In this document: positions 36,557-53,859 of the stretch, piece after piece | Layout of the letters: each line of letters starts with the position of its first letter | Numbering within the stretch: position 1 is the first letter of the stretch | Source: Eledone cirrhosa | Lineage: Eukaryota | Length of the DNA: 64,000 nt | Assembly: GCA_964016885.1 (NCBI GenBank) | Contig: OZ024752.1 | Coordinates: 9,858,001-9,922,000, forward strand | Direction of reading: 5' to 3' | Made by a program: the position numbers and the translations under genes | The notes under the pieces: generated by a model | The model's database searches: none | What the model saw: the letters and a program-made list of their open reading frames with translations, nothing else | Told to the model about the DNA's origin: nothing

Positions 36557-39500
36557 TTTATATATATAATATATGGTAGCCTAGTACTATATAATATATG
36601 GTAGTCTAGTGCTATATAATATATGGTAGTCTAGTACTATATAATATATGGTAGTCTAGTACTATATAATATATGGTGGTCTAGTACTATATAATATATG
36701 GTAGTCTAGTACTATATAATATATGGTAGTCTAGTACTATATAATATATGGTGGCCTAGTACTATATACTATATGGTAGTCTAGTACTATATAATAGATG
36801 GTAGTCTAGTACTATATAATATATGGTAGTCTAGTACTATATAATATAAGGTAGTCTAGTACTATATAATAGATGGTAGTCTAGTACTATATAATATATG
36901 GTAGTCTAGTACTATATAATATATGGTAGTCTAGTACTATATAATATATGGTAGTCTAGTACTATATAATATATGGTGGTCTAGTACTATATACTATATG
37001 GTAGTCTAGTACTATATAATATATGGTAGTCTAGTACTATATAATATATGGTGGCCTAGTACTATATAATATAAGGTAGTCTAGTACTATATAATATATG
37101 GTAGTCTAGTACTATATAATATAAGGTAGTCCAGTACTATATAATATATGGTAGTCTAGTACTATATAATATATGGTGGTCTAGTACTATATAATATATG
37201 GTAGTCTAGTGCTATATAATATATGGTAGTCTAGTGCTATATAATATATGGTGGTCTAGTACTATATAATATATGGTAGTCTAGTACTATATAATATATG
37301 GTAGCCTAGTACTATATAATATATGGTAGTCTAGTACTATATAATATATGGTAGTCTAGTACTATATAATATAAGGTAGTCTAGTACTATATAATAGATG
37401 GTAGTCTAGTACTATATAATATATGGTAGTCTAGTACTATATAATATATGGTAGTCTAGTACTATATAATATATGGTAGTCTAGTACTATATAATATATG
37501 GTGGTCTAGTACTATATACTATATGGTAGTCTAGTACTATATAATATATGGTGGTCTAGTACTATATATGGTAGTCTAGTACTATATCATATATGGTGGT
37601 CTAGTACTATATAATATATGGTGGCCTAGTAATATATAATATATGGTAGTCTAGTACTATATAATATATGGTAGCCTAGTACTATATAATATATGGTAGT
37701 CTAGTACTATATAATATATGGTAGCCTAGTACTATATAATATATGGTAGTCTAGTACTATATATGGTAGTCTAGTACTATATAATATATGGTGGTCTAGT
37801 ACTATATAATATATGGTAGTCTAGTACTATATAATATATGGTAGTCTAGTACTATATATGGTAGTCTAGTACTATATAATATATGGTGGTCTAGTACTAT
37901 ATAATATATGGTAGTCTAGTACTATATAATATATGGTAGCCTAGTACTATATAATATATGGTAGTCTAGTACTATATATGGTAGTCTAGTACTATATAAT
38001 ATATGGTGGTCTAGTACTATATAATATATGGTAGTCTAGTACTATATAATATATGGTGGCCTCTTACTATATAATATATGGTAGCCTAGTACTATATAAT
38101 ATATGGTAGTCTAGTACTATATATGGTAGTCTAGTACTATATAATATATGGTAGTCTAGTACTGTATAATATATGGTAGTCTAGTACTATATAATATATG
38201 GTACCCTAGTACTATATAATATATGGTAGACTAGTACTATATAATATATGGTAGTCTAGTACTATATAATATATGGTACCCTAGTACTATATAATATATG
38301 GTAGACTAGTACTATATAATATATGGTAGTCTAGTACTATATAATATATGGTACCCTAGTACTATATAATATATGGTAGACTAGTACTATATAATATATG
38401 GTAGTCTAGTACTATATAATATATGGTAGTCTAGTATATATATATATAATATATGGTAGTCTAGTACTATATAATATATGGTAGTCTAGTACTATATAAT
38501 ATATGGTAGTCTAGTACTATATAATATATGGTAGTCTAGTACTATATATGGTAGTCTAGTGCTATATAATATATGGTGGCCTAGTACTATATAATATATG
38601 GTGGTCTAGTACTATATAATATATGGTAGTCTAGTGCTATATAATATATGGTAGTCTAGTACTATATAATAGATGGTAGTCTAGTACTATATAATATATG
38701 GTAGTCTAGTACTATATAATATATGGTAGTCTAGTACTATATAATATATGGTGGTCTAGTACTATATAATATATGGTAGTCTAGTACTATGTAATATATG
38801 GTGGCCTAGTACTATATAATATATGGTGGCCTAGTACTATATAATATATGGTAGTATAGTACTATATAATATATGGTAGTCTAGTACTATATAATATATG
38901 GTAGTCTAGTACTATATAATATATGGTAGTCTAGTGCTATATAATATATGGTAGTCTAGTACTATATAATATATGGTAGTCTAGTACTATATAATATATG
39001 GTAGTCTAGTATATATATATATATATAATATATGGTAGTCTAGTACTATATAATATATGGTGATCTAGTACTATATAATATATGGTAGTCTAGTACTATA
39101 TAATATATGGTGGCCTAGTACTATATAATATATGGTGGCCTAGTACTATATAATATATGGTAGTCTAGTACTATATAATATATGGTAGTCTAGTACTATA
39201 TAATATATGGTAGTCTAGTGCTATATAATATATGGTAGTCTAGTACTATATAATATATGGTAGTCTAGTACTATATAATATATGGTAGTCTAGTACTATA
39301 TAATATATTGTGGCCTAGTACTATATAATATATGGTGGTCTAGTACTATATAATATATGGTAGTCTAGTGCTATATAATATATGGTAGTCTAGTACTATA
39401 TAATATATGGTAGTCTAGTACTATATAATATATGGTAGTCTAGTACTATATAATATATGGTGATCTAGTACTATATAACATATGGTGGTCTAGTACTATA

Positions 39501-41057
39501 TAATATATGGTAGTCTAGTACTATATAATATATGGTGGTCTAGTGCTATATAATATATTGTGGCCTAGTACTATATAATATATGGTGGTCTAGTACTATA
39601 TAATATATGGTAGTCTAGTGCTATATAATAGATGGTAGTCTAGTACTATATAATATATGGTAGTCTAGTACTATATAATATATGGTAGTCTAGTACTATA
39701 TAATATATGGTGGTCTAGTACTATATAATATATGGTAGTCTAGTACTATATAATATATGGTGGCCTAGTACTATATAATATATGGTGGCCTAGTACTATA
39801 TAATATATGGTAGTCTAGTACTATATAATATATGGTAGTCTAGTACTATATAATATATGGTAGCCTAGTACTATATAATATATGGTAGTCTAGTACTATA
39901 TAATATATGGTAGCCTAGTACTATATAATATATGGTGGTATACTACTATATAATATATGGTAGTCTAGTACTATATAATATATGGTGGTCTAGTACTATA
40001 TAATATATGGTAGTCTAGTACTATATAATATATGGTAGTCTAGTACTATATAATATATGGTAGTCTAGTACTATATAATATATGGTAGCCTAGTACTATA
40101 TAATATATGGTAGTCTAGTACTATATAATATATGGTGGTCTAGTACTATATAATATATAGTAGTCTAGTACTATATAATATTTGGAGGTCTACTATATAT
40201 ATATAATATATGGTGGCCTAGTACTATATAATATATGGTAGTCTAGTTCTATATAATATATAGTACTCTAGGACTATATAATATATGGTAGCCTAGTACT
40301 ATATAATATATGGTAGTCTAGTACTGTATAATATATGGTAGTCTAGTACTATATAATATATGGTGGTCTAGTACTATATAATATATGGTAGTCTAGTGCT
40401 ATATAATATATGGTAGTCTAGTACTGTATAATATATGGTAGTCTAGTTCTATATAATATATGGTAGTCTAGTACTGTATAATATATGGTAGTCTAGTTCT
40501 ATATAATATATGGTAGTCTAGTACTATATAATATATGGTAGTCTACTTCTATATAATATATGGTAGTCTAGTACTATATAATATATGGTAGTCTAGTACT
40601 ATATAAAATATGGTAGTCTAGTACTATATAATATATGGTGGTCTAGTGCTATATAATATATGGTAGCCTGGTACTATATAATATATAGTAGTCTAGTGCT
40701 ATATAATATATGGTAGTCTAGTACTATATAATATATGGTAGTCTAGTACTATATAATATATGGTAGTCTAGTACTATATAATATATGGTAGTCTAGTGCT
40801 ATATAATATATGGTAGTCTAGTACTATATAATATATGGTAGTCTAGTACTATATAATATATGGTAGTCTAGTACTATATAATATATGGTAGTCTGGTACT
40901 ATATAATATATGGTAGTCTGGTACTATATAATATATGGTAGTCTAGTACTATATAATATATGGTAGTCTGGTACTATATAATATATGGTAGTCTAGTACT
41001 ATATAATATATGGTAGTCTGGTACTATATAATATATGGTAGTCTAGTACTATATATA
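36557..41057. repeat. 25-bp satellite, about 180 copies
   Basis: Unit ggtagtctagtactatataatatat, with 20-bp deletion variants. Confidence 0.97.
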
Positions 41058-41664
41058 GCCTAATACTTGGGACGAATCTTTGTCTATATTTATTTCTCAG
41101 TTCCACCCTATCACTTGCTCTCCTTCACTAGAATCAATCGGCTGCGTTCGGTTATAAATATATTCAGATCTGAGATTTAATGACAGTTATGTCAGGTAAT
41201 ACTACGTCATATAAAGTTCTTAAGAGATATTTATATTTCTGTTATATAATACTAATTCATCATCGCATGTAAATAAGGAAACCTCACCTCCGAAATAATA
41301 ATTCGTACGTTAGTCTTTATAGGTATAATTAAATGATGGTCAGTTTCTACAAGTCGAAATGCTCCCGTATTAAGTTCTTCAGAGGGAGTCATATACCAGT
41401 CAAATTCAATATTTATGAAGTCTGAATATTCATATCTTCAATAGCATTGGCGTCCTATAACTTTGATTGTTAATAAGGGGTCAATTGATTCATCTAGTAA
41501 ATATAGTAGATTTAAGGAATGAAGGGCTAAGAATAGTAAAATGATTCTTAGAATTATTGTTCCTCTGTCAGCTTTCCTTCTCTGCAATTAATCGGCTGAG
41601 TTCAGAGCAGGAAAAGCGATGAATTTCCCAAGGATTAACATGAGACAACGACGTCCTTAAAACT

Positions 41665-42145
41665 CTTCTTGTGACGCTAAACTCGCCAGTTGCAGATTGC
41701 ACATTAACATGTGATATCTCTCTCCACAAGGTTCGATCACCAGTAGCAGAGTTTAAAGAGAAAAGATTAAGTCAAGTCCATAAATTGACCTTGTCAAGTC
41801 ATCGTTTACTTGCCGGCCTCTGCTTCTTTCAACCAGCCAACCTTCCTTCCAAGAATATATAATACCGTTCGATCAGCAACAACAGAGTTTAAAAAGCAAA
41901 GATCAAGTCCAGTACATAAGTTGACCTTGTCAAGCCATCGTTTTGGCTTCCGGCCTCTGCTTCTCTTACCAGTCAACCTTCCTTCCAGGCATAAGCTACT
42001 CACACCACGAGTAGATCTTTTTATAAGACCGTATAGTTTGAGTACTCTTGACTTGACAATTGATGAAATTGGTGTAAGTTTGGTAATGTTGAGCAGCTCA
42101 CTGATTCAGATACGGTCGCTGAGCCGCTTGCCAGAAATAAGTCTT
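41665..42145 (-). pseudogene. RTE-clade 3' fragment with a duplicated terminal segment
   Basis: LCLEGRLTGKRSRGRKPKRWLDKV. The 3' segment occurs twice (about 41730-41855 and 41866-41985). Same family as 25215-25960. Confidence 0.85.
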
Positions 42146-42469
42146 AAACTAAACAAAGCTAAATCAGAATGGAATTCACAACTCTTGGTGATAAACACCA
42201 ACATCGTACGTACTTGTCCGCGTTAGATTTTGTTTGCAGTACACAATCTTCATTCATTTTTAATTGTCAAAATATACTTAAATACTCCTTTCATCAGCGG
42301 ACTTATTTCATGAAAATCTTATACTTTTAAAACAATGTCTGTACTTTTAGTCGAAAGTTATTCCGATCAATGTTATTTCTGTATCCGTTTACCAGAATTA
42401 TGGTAGTGTATTAATTAAGTAATGTGTGAGTGTAAATTTGTGCATGTGTCTACATGGTGTGAGAATATA

Positions 42470-42509
<40 letters not shown>

Positions 42510-42530
42510 CACACACTTTCTGTTATTCCG

Positions 42531-42585
<55 letters not shown>

Positions 42586-43188
42586 TACATACGAAATTTG
42601 TGAATTATCTTCTTTCTTTTAACAGGAACTAACTGGAACTAAGCAGTAAATAGGTTTATATTTGTAAACACAGCTTCCATGCAGCTGCATAACTTCTAAG
42701 TGAAAGAGATTTAAAGATGAAAGCTTATGAAGACTGGAAAACTGTCATTTCAGCTGAGCGTTCAATATAAATCTATGTATATCTGTACCATAGCTGACTG
42801 ACAGAACTGCTTCCTTATTTAGCACATATATCTATAGGCAGTTTAAACATTGTTTTGGAAATATTTTGTTGATGCATTTAGACGCGATTAGCATTATTAA
42901 AATAGCATTTTGAAATTTAAAAGTTCTAGTGATGTTAAAGGCAGCATTTCAAAATTATATGTGTTATCGATAATGAGTTTGATCACGTTGATAAATATGT
43001 TTTTTACGTTTACTTTCACAGAATTCATATCCTGCATTTAAAGCTGGTATTTTCAGTATAGCTAAATCTCTTCTATTGTACTTCCTACCAAATGAAGCAC
43101 ATTTGGGTATGCTCTAACTCCTAAAATCTTGTAAAATGGTTAATACTCGATGCTGACATCAACCGAGTGCAGCATATTCGAACGTCAT

Positions 43189-43527
43189 TAAGCCGTTAGA
43201 ATTTAAACGGGCCATATCAGGCCAGAATTCTCCCACCTTTTTCTGTTCAAACTGGCTGTAACCGGCCACTCATAATGATGATAAGGTATTGTTCTCGAAA
43301 TAAGTAATATCAAAATCCATAGATTCGATATTATGTGAGATATTATGTTAGATAAAGCCTTTACTACGAAAATATAATAGTAAATATAGAATAATTGTTT
43401 CTACATTTGGGACAAGGCCAGCAATTAAGCCAGTATATTACTGGTGCATTATTTTATCGACCCCGTAAGGATGAAAGGTAAAGTTAACCTCGGTAAATAT
43501 AGAATGATGTAAACGGTAAAGGGTTAA
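43189..43527 (+). mobile_element. piggyBac-like MITE carrying a nested Nin SINE fragment (43393-43492, minus)
   Basis: Ends ttaagccgttag..aaac and gtaaacggtaaagggttaa. SINE is flanked by TSD gtaaatatagaat. Confidence 0.6.
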
Positions 43528-43855
43528 ATGCTCGCCTTCTATTCACTTTCCTTGATTTTATGTATATACTGCAACATGTCTTTAAGACGTGCATGTAAGC
43601 GATTCAAACCGAAATATCAACGTTAAATATCACAATATTCTTAAATGGATGTCATCTATGGTCTAAATAGCCCCATGAAATCACACTGGCCAAATGTGGT
43701 GAGTACACCAAGACCCAAAACCAAATAGAAAATGGTGAACCTTAACCATGGAGCTGTTCGTCCAACAAGAGCGTGAAGGCCCTGGATTGAATTGGATCTG
43801 GTGTCGTTTCAGCTATAGAATTGTTAAAACTTTAACTCATTTAAATATCAAAACC

Positions 43856-43950
43856 AGGCACGGGCAACCTTTTTCCAGAAGCGGGTCGCACGCGATATGG
43901 CTCATCATCAGGCGGGCCGTGAGCGCTGATTTACATTCGTGCCCACATTA
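43856..43950 (+). mobile_element. hAT-like terminus fragment
   Basis: caggcacgggcaacctttt..gcgggtcgca resembles Charlie-type ends. Confidence 0.4.
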
Positions 43951-44617
43951 AAAAAAAAAAACGGCGGTAACTCAGGTTGCTTTGATTTGTTTCTTCTGAA
44001 TTCGTACACGTTGTTTTCCTTGATCGTAAAAATGATAGAGAGATAAATTACGACTGAAAAGTTGGGATAAAAATATCAGATTTCACTGAGGTGACTTAGG
44101 CGAGCCATTCAGAAAGGTTCGGGGTGCAGGTTGTCTATAACGGATCAAAACATTTGCAACCTTCGTTATTTCAATTATACATTATTGTTTTATTTTTAAA
44201 GGAAATATATTCATCTAAAAACGTTCCATTAGAATTTTATGTAAGAATTGTTGGCACATTGTGCTTCTACGATCGGGGTGATGATTAGAAATGTAGTTTT
44301 AATATTAAATATATCTAAATTCTTCGTTATTTTCATGATTAATTGTAAATCATAAGCTGTATCTTTTATTAGAAATACGAAATGGTTAATCTAGAGTTAC
44401 CACGATAGATTGACGAATGGTCAAATGTGTTTGCATGTATTTCTCTATAAATACATATATCTATATCTATCTAACCCATTTGTGGCGCCACCCCCCTATT
44501 GGGGATTTCTATTGTTATAATTATTTGTTTCAATATTTTACACGAATGTATGTAAAATCCCCGGCATGTTTCTTTGTATTGTCCCCTTTTCTTGTGCGCC
44601 CTTGTGGCAAATAAAGA

Positions 44618-45034
<417 letters not shown>

Positions 45035-45076
45035 ATGATATTAAATAAATGGAAACTATATTTATAAAACCATATT

Positions 45077-45141
45077 TATTTTATTATATATATTTCAAGG
45101 GCAACCAAGACACTATTGGTGCGCTTTCATCAGATAAAATA
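45077..45141 (-). ncRNA. Type I hammerhead ribozyme
   Basis: Minus strand reads tattttat CTGATGA aagcgcaccaa-tagtgtc-ttggttgccctt GAAA tatata TA| ataaaata. Stem I is a perfect 8 bp. Confidence 0.7.
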
Positions 45142-45275
45142 CAAAGTTTGTTTTATAAATAGAGACGTACCTATGAAAATCATATCTTATCGGTTGGAGA
45201 TTCACTATACAGTGAATTTCCAAGCGATAAGGTATGATCTTCATGGGTACGTCTCTATTTATAAAACAAACTTTG

Positions 45276-45341
45276 TATTTTATCTGATGAAAGCGCACCT
45301 AATGGTGTCTTGGTTTCCCTTGAAATATATATAATACAATA
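45276..45341 (+). ncRNA. Type I hammerhead ribozyme (mirror copy)
   Basis: Same fold, with one mismatch in stem I and extra mismatches in stem II. Confidence 0.6.
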
Positions 45342-45640
45342 AATATAGTTTTATAAATATAGTTTCCATTTATTGAATATCATGGAATATTTACTCCAGT
45401 AACTTGTTGAGTGCTCTAAATCAGTTGTAAACATTTATGTTTATCGGTCTTCCCTCTCATATATATATATATATATATATACCTTGATTAAATCTTAACC
45501 ATCTACCATGTCAGGGTTTGTCATGTATCATTTTATTTTATATGATGAGGACGTACTGTTCAACTTAATTCAGTGCCTCTGAAATATGTATAATAAAATT
45601 TAATTGATCACAAGAATATCTATTTTTGTTAATATTCGAA

Positions 45641-45732
<92 letters not shown>

Positions 45733-45733
<1 letters not shown>

Positions 45734-45812
45734 AACGAAGGAAATGTGGTAAGGAACCAGATGGACCATAACACACCAAAGTAGTCAATACTCGGGGTCC
45801 TACTCGTTCCTA
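45733..45812. mobile_element. Family A copy with the centre deleted, between (TA)n tracts
   Basis: aacgaaggaaatgtgg..aatact joined to cggggtcctactcgttccta. Confidence 0.7.
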
Positions 45813-46374
45813 TATATATATATATGTATATATATAGATTTATATATATAGATGTGTTTGTGTGTTTGAGTAGCAAAGTCATTATGTCAGTGACGTTATG
45901 AAGTCACCATTCTAGTCTGTCTGGCATTAAGGTTTTGTACAGAATATAAATACAATAATCAAGAAAGCAATAACTACATTCCAGCTTTTGAAAAATTCTG
46001 AGATACCATATCTAATTTTAGCAAGTGATGATTTTCTCTTACTGTAAAAACTATAAGAAAAGTAAATTGAAAAATGGCTGACAAATAGCCGGTTCCTTTC
46101 TCGCCACACGTCTAAGCATGCTATGCAGGTGGTGAGAAATATAGAAATCGAATGACTACTCACTAAAATAGCATTAAATTTCACACTATTAATTCTTGCG
46201 TTTATGCAGACTTTTATGTAAACAAGCCAGCGCTGCAAATGGGTCACTAAGGCGTTAATGGCAACAGAGTAGAACGGTGACTGTGTAACCATGAGCGAAA
46301 TGAAAGACAAAACGTTTGTATAAATAAAATATCTAGAAAGCTATCAAATTCTTTTCTTCTCTATCGGTATCTAC

Positions 46375-46445
46375 TATTCTCTTTCTCTTTCTTTCTTTCT
46401 CTCTCTGTCTGTCTCTGTCTGTCTTTCCTATTATATCCACTTCTG

Positions 46446-46494
<49 letters not shown>

Positions 46495-47805
46495 TGTCTT
46501 ATTACCTCTTCACTCTCATTCTCTCTCTGTCTTTCCTCTTCTCTTCTTCTTCACTGTCACTCTCTCACTCTCTCTCTGTTTTCCTCTTATCTCCTCTTCA
46601 CTCTCTCTCACCCTGTCTCTTTCTCACTCTCTCTCTCTATCTGTCTTCCCGCTTATCTCCTCTTCATCAACACACCACTCCTTCTTTCTCTTTCTCTCTG
46701 TCGTTCTACGTCTCCCCCTCCCCCTCTCTATCTCTCCTCTTCTCACCCTCACTCTCTCTCTCACACACTCTCTCTCCTTCTCTGTTTTTCGTCTTCCCTC
46801 TCTCCAACAGTCTTACGTCTTCACCTCTTCTTTCTCGAATAATTTTCACTGATAATATTTGAATCGTTTACCCCCCCTCCCCGCCCACACTTCGATTTTT
46901 CCTTTATGTTTTCCTTGAACATTGTCAACTCTCCCTCTTTCTCGCTCCCTCTCCCTCCCCCTCTCACTCTCTATCACGCTTCTCGTCCTTACTCTCTCTC
47001 CCTCCCTCTCGCCATCTATGACGCTTCTCATCCTTATTGTCTCTCTCTCTCCCTCCCTCTCCCCATCTATGACGCTTCTCATCCTTATTTTCTCTCTCTC
47101 TCACACCCTCTCGTCCTTACTCTCTCGCTCTCACCCCCCTCTCGTCCTTAAACTCTCTCCCTTCTCGTCCTTACTCGCTCTCTCACTCCCTCTCTTCTCG
47201 TCCTTACACTCTCTCTCACTCCCTCTCTTCTCGTCCTTACTCTCCCTCTTCCTCTGCCTTCTCGTCCTTACTCGCTCTCTCACTCCCTCTCCCTTCTCGT
47301 CCTTACACTCTCTCTCACTCCCTCTCTTCTCGTCCTTACTCTCCCTCTTCCTCTGCCTTCTCGTCCTTACTCGCTCTCTCACTCCCTCTCCCTTCTCGTC
47401 CTTACACTCTCTCTCACTCACTCTCTTCTCGTCCTTACTCTCTCTCTTCCTTCCTCTCCCTTCTCGTCCTTACTCTCTCTCCCACTCCCTCCGTTCTCGT
47501 CCTTACTCTTCCTCTCACTCCCTCTCTTCTCGTTCTTACTCTCTCTCTTCCTCTCCCTTCTCGTCCTTACTCTCTCTCTCACTTCCTCTCCCTTCTCATC
47601 CTTACTCTCTCTCCCACTCCCTCCCTTCTCGTCCTTACTCTCCCTCTCACTCTTCTCGTCCTTACTCTCTCTCTTCCTCTCCCTTCTCGCCCTTACTCTC
47701 TCTTTCACCCCTTCTCCCTTCTCATCATTACACTCTCTCACTCCCTCCCTTCTCGTCCTTACTCTCTCTCTCTCTCATTCCCTCTCCCTTCTCGTCATTA
47801 CCCCC
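46375..47805. repeat. CT-rich low-complexity region / minisatellite (ttctcgtccttactctc core)
   Basis: Direct observation. Confidence 0.9.
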
Positions 47806-47977
47806 CTCTATGTACTGTCTATGTTTATCTAACACCCTTGCGCCTTCCATCCCCAACTCCTTCTTTATCAGCCATTCATCTCTTTATATTTATCTTGGCT
47901 TCCTTTATATCCACCCACACAGATTACAACGACCACACTTTACCACACTAATACACGCATACATGCATACATTTACT

Positions 47978-50490
<2,513 letters not shown>

Positions 50491-51603
50491 AATCAATATA
50501 ACTTGCTCTCATACAATCTTTCTCAATCTCCCTCTCTCCCCGTTTCTCTCTCTCTTTCTCAATCACCCTCTCTCTTAATTTATACTATTTCTCACATACT
50601 ATTCTTCTTTCCCAAGTTCGATATTAAACTGCTCTTTGAACTCCGCCATGCATGGCGTTTATTATTCATAGTCTCTGGCTTTCTTCCAGCAAAGGTCATA
50701 GCTTTGAATCAGCGATAAAAGCAATTTGTTAGAAGCAAAAGTGTGCACACCATATCAATCTTTGTAATAAAGTACATTCTGAGAACTTCACATAACGACA
50801 TCTTTAAACTATCAAACTTTACAAGATTCGATTAGTTTTGATGCTATGTTATTTTTCTTTTGTAGTTTTTTCATAACCATGATATGTGGCTATGAAATAT
50901 GTAGCATGGATATGACTTATTAATCGATAAAATACAAGCAAAACTAAAGTTATCAAGAGATAAGTAATGATAGATTTTAATGTAAATCTTCTTAAACAAT
51001 AAACATTCTTTACCTCTCTTACATACCCACTCTCTCACTTTCTCCTCTCTCTAAACACACAATCTCATATATATACTTGAAACAGTATATCATTTTATAA
51101 ACCTCTTCTGCTTGAGATTATTTCTCTAAACTATGATATATCATTTAATTAAAATTAAGAGTTCTCTGTGGAATTGAGTGAGCTTCATGGCGTCTGCAAT
51201 ATCGTTGAGGCTGATGAAGTTATGGACGTTGACTTTAAGTTAAAACTTTCAAAGTTGTGCCTATATGTAAATAGTAGGTATGAATAGAATTTCAAAATAC
51301 TACCGCTTTGCTAATAATACAAGTCAAGCAATTCCCAATTGAAGTATCCCCTTTCGAACAATATGTCTGCCTATCACAAAGGAGACTGTATGAAATTAGT
51401 AATGCTTATTTATTCGTTTCGTTTTGTTTTTATTTATATATTCTATAAACTTTAGATCTTTGACTATATAAGTAAATGTCACTAATTATAGATTTGATAG
51501 TGACAGCGAATCTTTAGAGTGGGATGTACTCCAACATATGCCTGTAAAATATGTTAGATATGTGTAGAAATAATAGTATTTAATTAATACTATAGTAGAT
51601 CAG

Positions 51604-51966
51604 AGAGTCACTCTAGGTAGAACCGCTACTTCTCCGAATTGAGAGAACACAGCTCCGATATTATGGGCATGTCGTTAGAATGTCTCAACACAGCAAAGAA
51701 TCGCTGGATAGATTTTACGGGCCAAATCAACCGGCAGGTGACCCAGGAGTAGATCCCCAACCAAGATGGTTGGATAACGTCCATGAGCTTGGCTGGACTG
51801 GCTTGACGGTTCAACCGGAACTGTTGGAGAGGGTTACTTCGGACAGGAGCCGCTGGAAGCTGTGTCTCTGCCTCAACGACCCTCTCGGGAATAAGTGGGC
51901 ACAGAAGAAGAAGAAGAAGAAGAAGAAGAAGAAGAAGAAGAAGAAGAAGAAGAAAAAAAAGAAGAA
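51604..51966 (+). mobile_element. RTE-derived 3' fragment with an (AAG)n tail
   Basis: LLLRIERTQLRYYGHVVRMS..PRWLDNV..DRSRWK, then (aag)n. Confidence 0.85.
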
Positions 51967-52164
51967 CTGATAATATCCACGTGGAGAACCAGTGTCGAAA
52001 GTTATTATATCGACATGTCTAGTGGATAAAGTTACCTTCGAAGGGACATAGTGCAGTGAGTTCGGAAATGTAGAACATCTCATGAAAAATGAGAGTTGTT
52101 GTAGAACTAAAGAGAACTGTGGGTAATTATATCTAAAATGTCTAAATCATGTATCAAGCCAGAA

Positions 52165-52402
52165 GGTTCGTTAGGCCGTTGCTTATCCCGGTTTCGTGGT
52201 GTCAAGCGAAAGAGAGTATATGATTCTCTCCATGGACAGGACGCCAGCCCATCACATGGTTAAACCCCCAGCTATTACAGAGTATACTGGAGCAACGTGA
52301 AATGAATTGTTTTGCTGAAGAACACAACACGCAAACCACCCCAGGAATTAAGCCCACGATATCATGATCGTAAGTCCAATCCCTTGCCACTAGGCCACGC
52401 GG
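52165..52402 (-). mobile_element. tRNA/CORE-like SINE
   Basis: Homologous to 31503-31978, with a single body unit. Confidence 0.8.
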
Positions 52403-52671
52403 CCCGACATGTGTAATTACATGGCTGAGGTAAAAATGATTTAATTGAAATATATATGGAACTCTCATAGATGCGCTTACAAGAATGTCATGTCTTTCTT
52501 TGTGGCTGCTAATTACAAATCTAAGATAAGAAATAAACGTTGAGCTTTGCCTCTAGAGATTCAACGGAATACAAGTTATGTTTACATTTGATGGCGAGAT
52601 TAATTCATAATGAATATGTATAACAACATATCTTTGCAAATAATAGCTCAAAGGGGAAATGATGTGTATGA

Positions 52672-52745
52672 AGGGTGTCCCAAAAATGTATATATACTTC
52701 AACAGTATTTTAATAAAAGTATGTATACATTTTTTGGGACTCCTT
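52672..52745. mobile_element. Tc1/mariner-like MITE
   Basis: agggtgtcccaaaaatgtata / tatacattttttgggactcct. Confidence 0.65.
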
Positions 52746-53004
52746 TTATTTACAGGTGCAAAATTGGAATAATTGTCCATCTTATTTCGTTTAGTTTCTT
52801 TCGTTGAGCACTTTACAGATATGGGAAAACGTTTATTATATGTAAAAAAAGCTACAATTCTGTGGACAAATGTATATATGATAGCTGTGGGAACTTGTGA
52901 GATTCTCTTAGTATATTAATTAAAACGGCACCAATTAATTGCGAAGAGACATTGAGGAAATACATTGGGGATAAGACTATATACATTATCATACTCCCAT
53001 AAAT

Positions 53005-53182
53005 TAATTGTTTCTACTTTAGGCACAAGGCCAGCAATTACCCAGTGCATTACTGGTACTTTATTTTATCGACCCCGTAAGGATGAAAGGCAAAGTCAAC
53101 CACGGCGGGATTTGAACTCAGATTGTAAAGGGACGTAACTATGCTGGAAAGCATGCGTCCGACCCTCTACACATACTGCCAA
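53005..53182 (-). mobile_element. Nin/Deu-domain SINE
   Basis: Reverse copy of the family consensus. Confidence 0.85.
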
Positions 53183-53498
53183 ATGATGGCTTCCATGGTT
53201 ACTATACAGGATGTAAACATAAGCAAACACTACTTCTACAAATAGTCAACTGAAGACATCATATATATATATAAATATATATATAATATATAATATATAT
53301 ATATAATATATAATATATATATATAATATATAATATATATATATAATATATTATATAATATATATATAATATATATTTATAATATATATATTATATATAT
53401 ATAATATATATATATAATATATATAATATATAATATACAATATATACTATATAATATATATATATAATATATATATATAATATATAATATATATATAT

Positions 53499-53752
53499 AA
53501 TCCGCCTCTTCATTGCTGTAGTGGAGTCTGTGATGCTGTACGGGTCTGAGACTTGGACACTGACCAAGAAACTCACTCCGATGGTGGATGGGTGCTACAC
53601 GAGAATGCTGAGGATGGCTCTGAACATTAATCAGTATACACTGGGGATGAAAAACTCAGAGCTGTACGGGAGCCTCCCAAAAGTCAGCTCAAAAGTGACA
53701 CAGAGGAGACTTAGGTTAGTTGGACATGCTCACCGACATCCAGAGTTGACAC
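53499..53752 (+). pseudogene. RTE-like LINE fragment between TA tracts
   Basis: IRLFIAVVESVMLYGSETWTLTKKL..DGCYTRMLRMALNI..SELYGSLPKVS..RRLRLVGHAHRHPE. Confidence 0.85.
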
Positions 53753-53859
53753 CTACATATATATATACACAAATAAAATACAGAGTTACTAACTCATATT
53801 GATACCCTGCAATTAACAAACTCAAAGTATAAATGCTGAGCATTATATAATAATATATA

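Larger units (their letters stand above)
45033..45385. mobile_element. Head-to-head inverted element with a hammerhead in each arm (family G)
   Basis: Arms of about 175 bp centred on ttcact-atac-agtgaa; left end abuts (TA)n. Confidence 0.85.
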
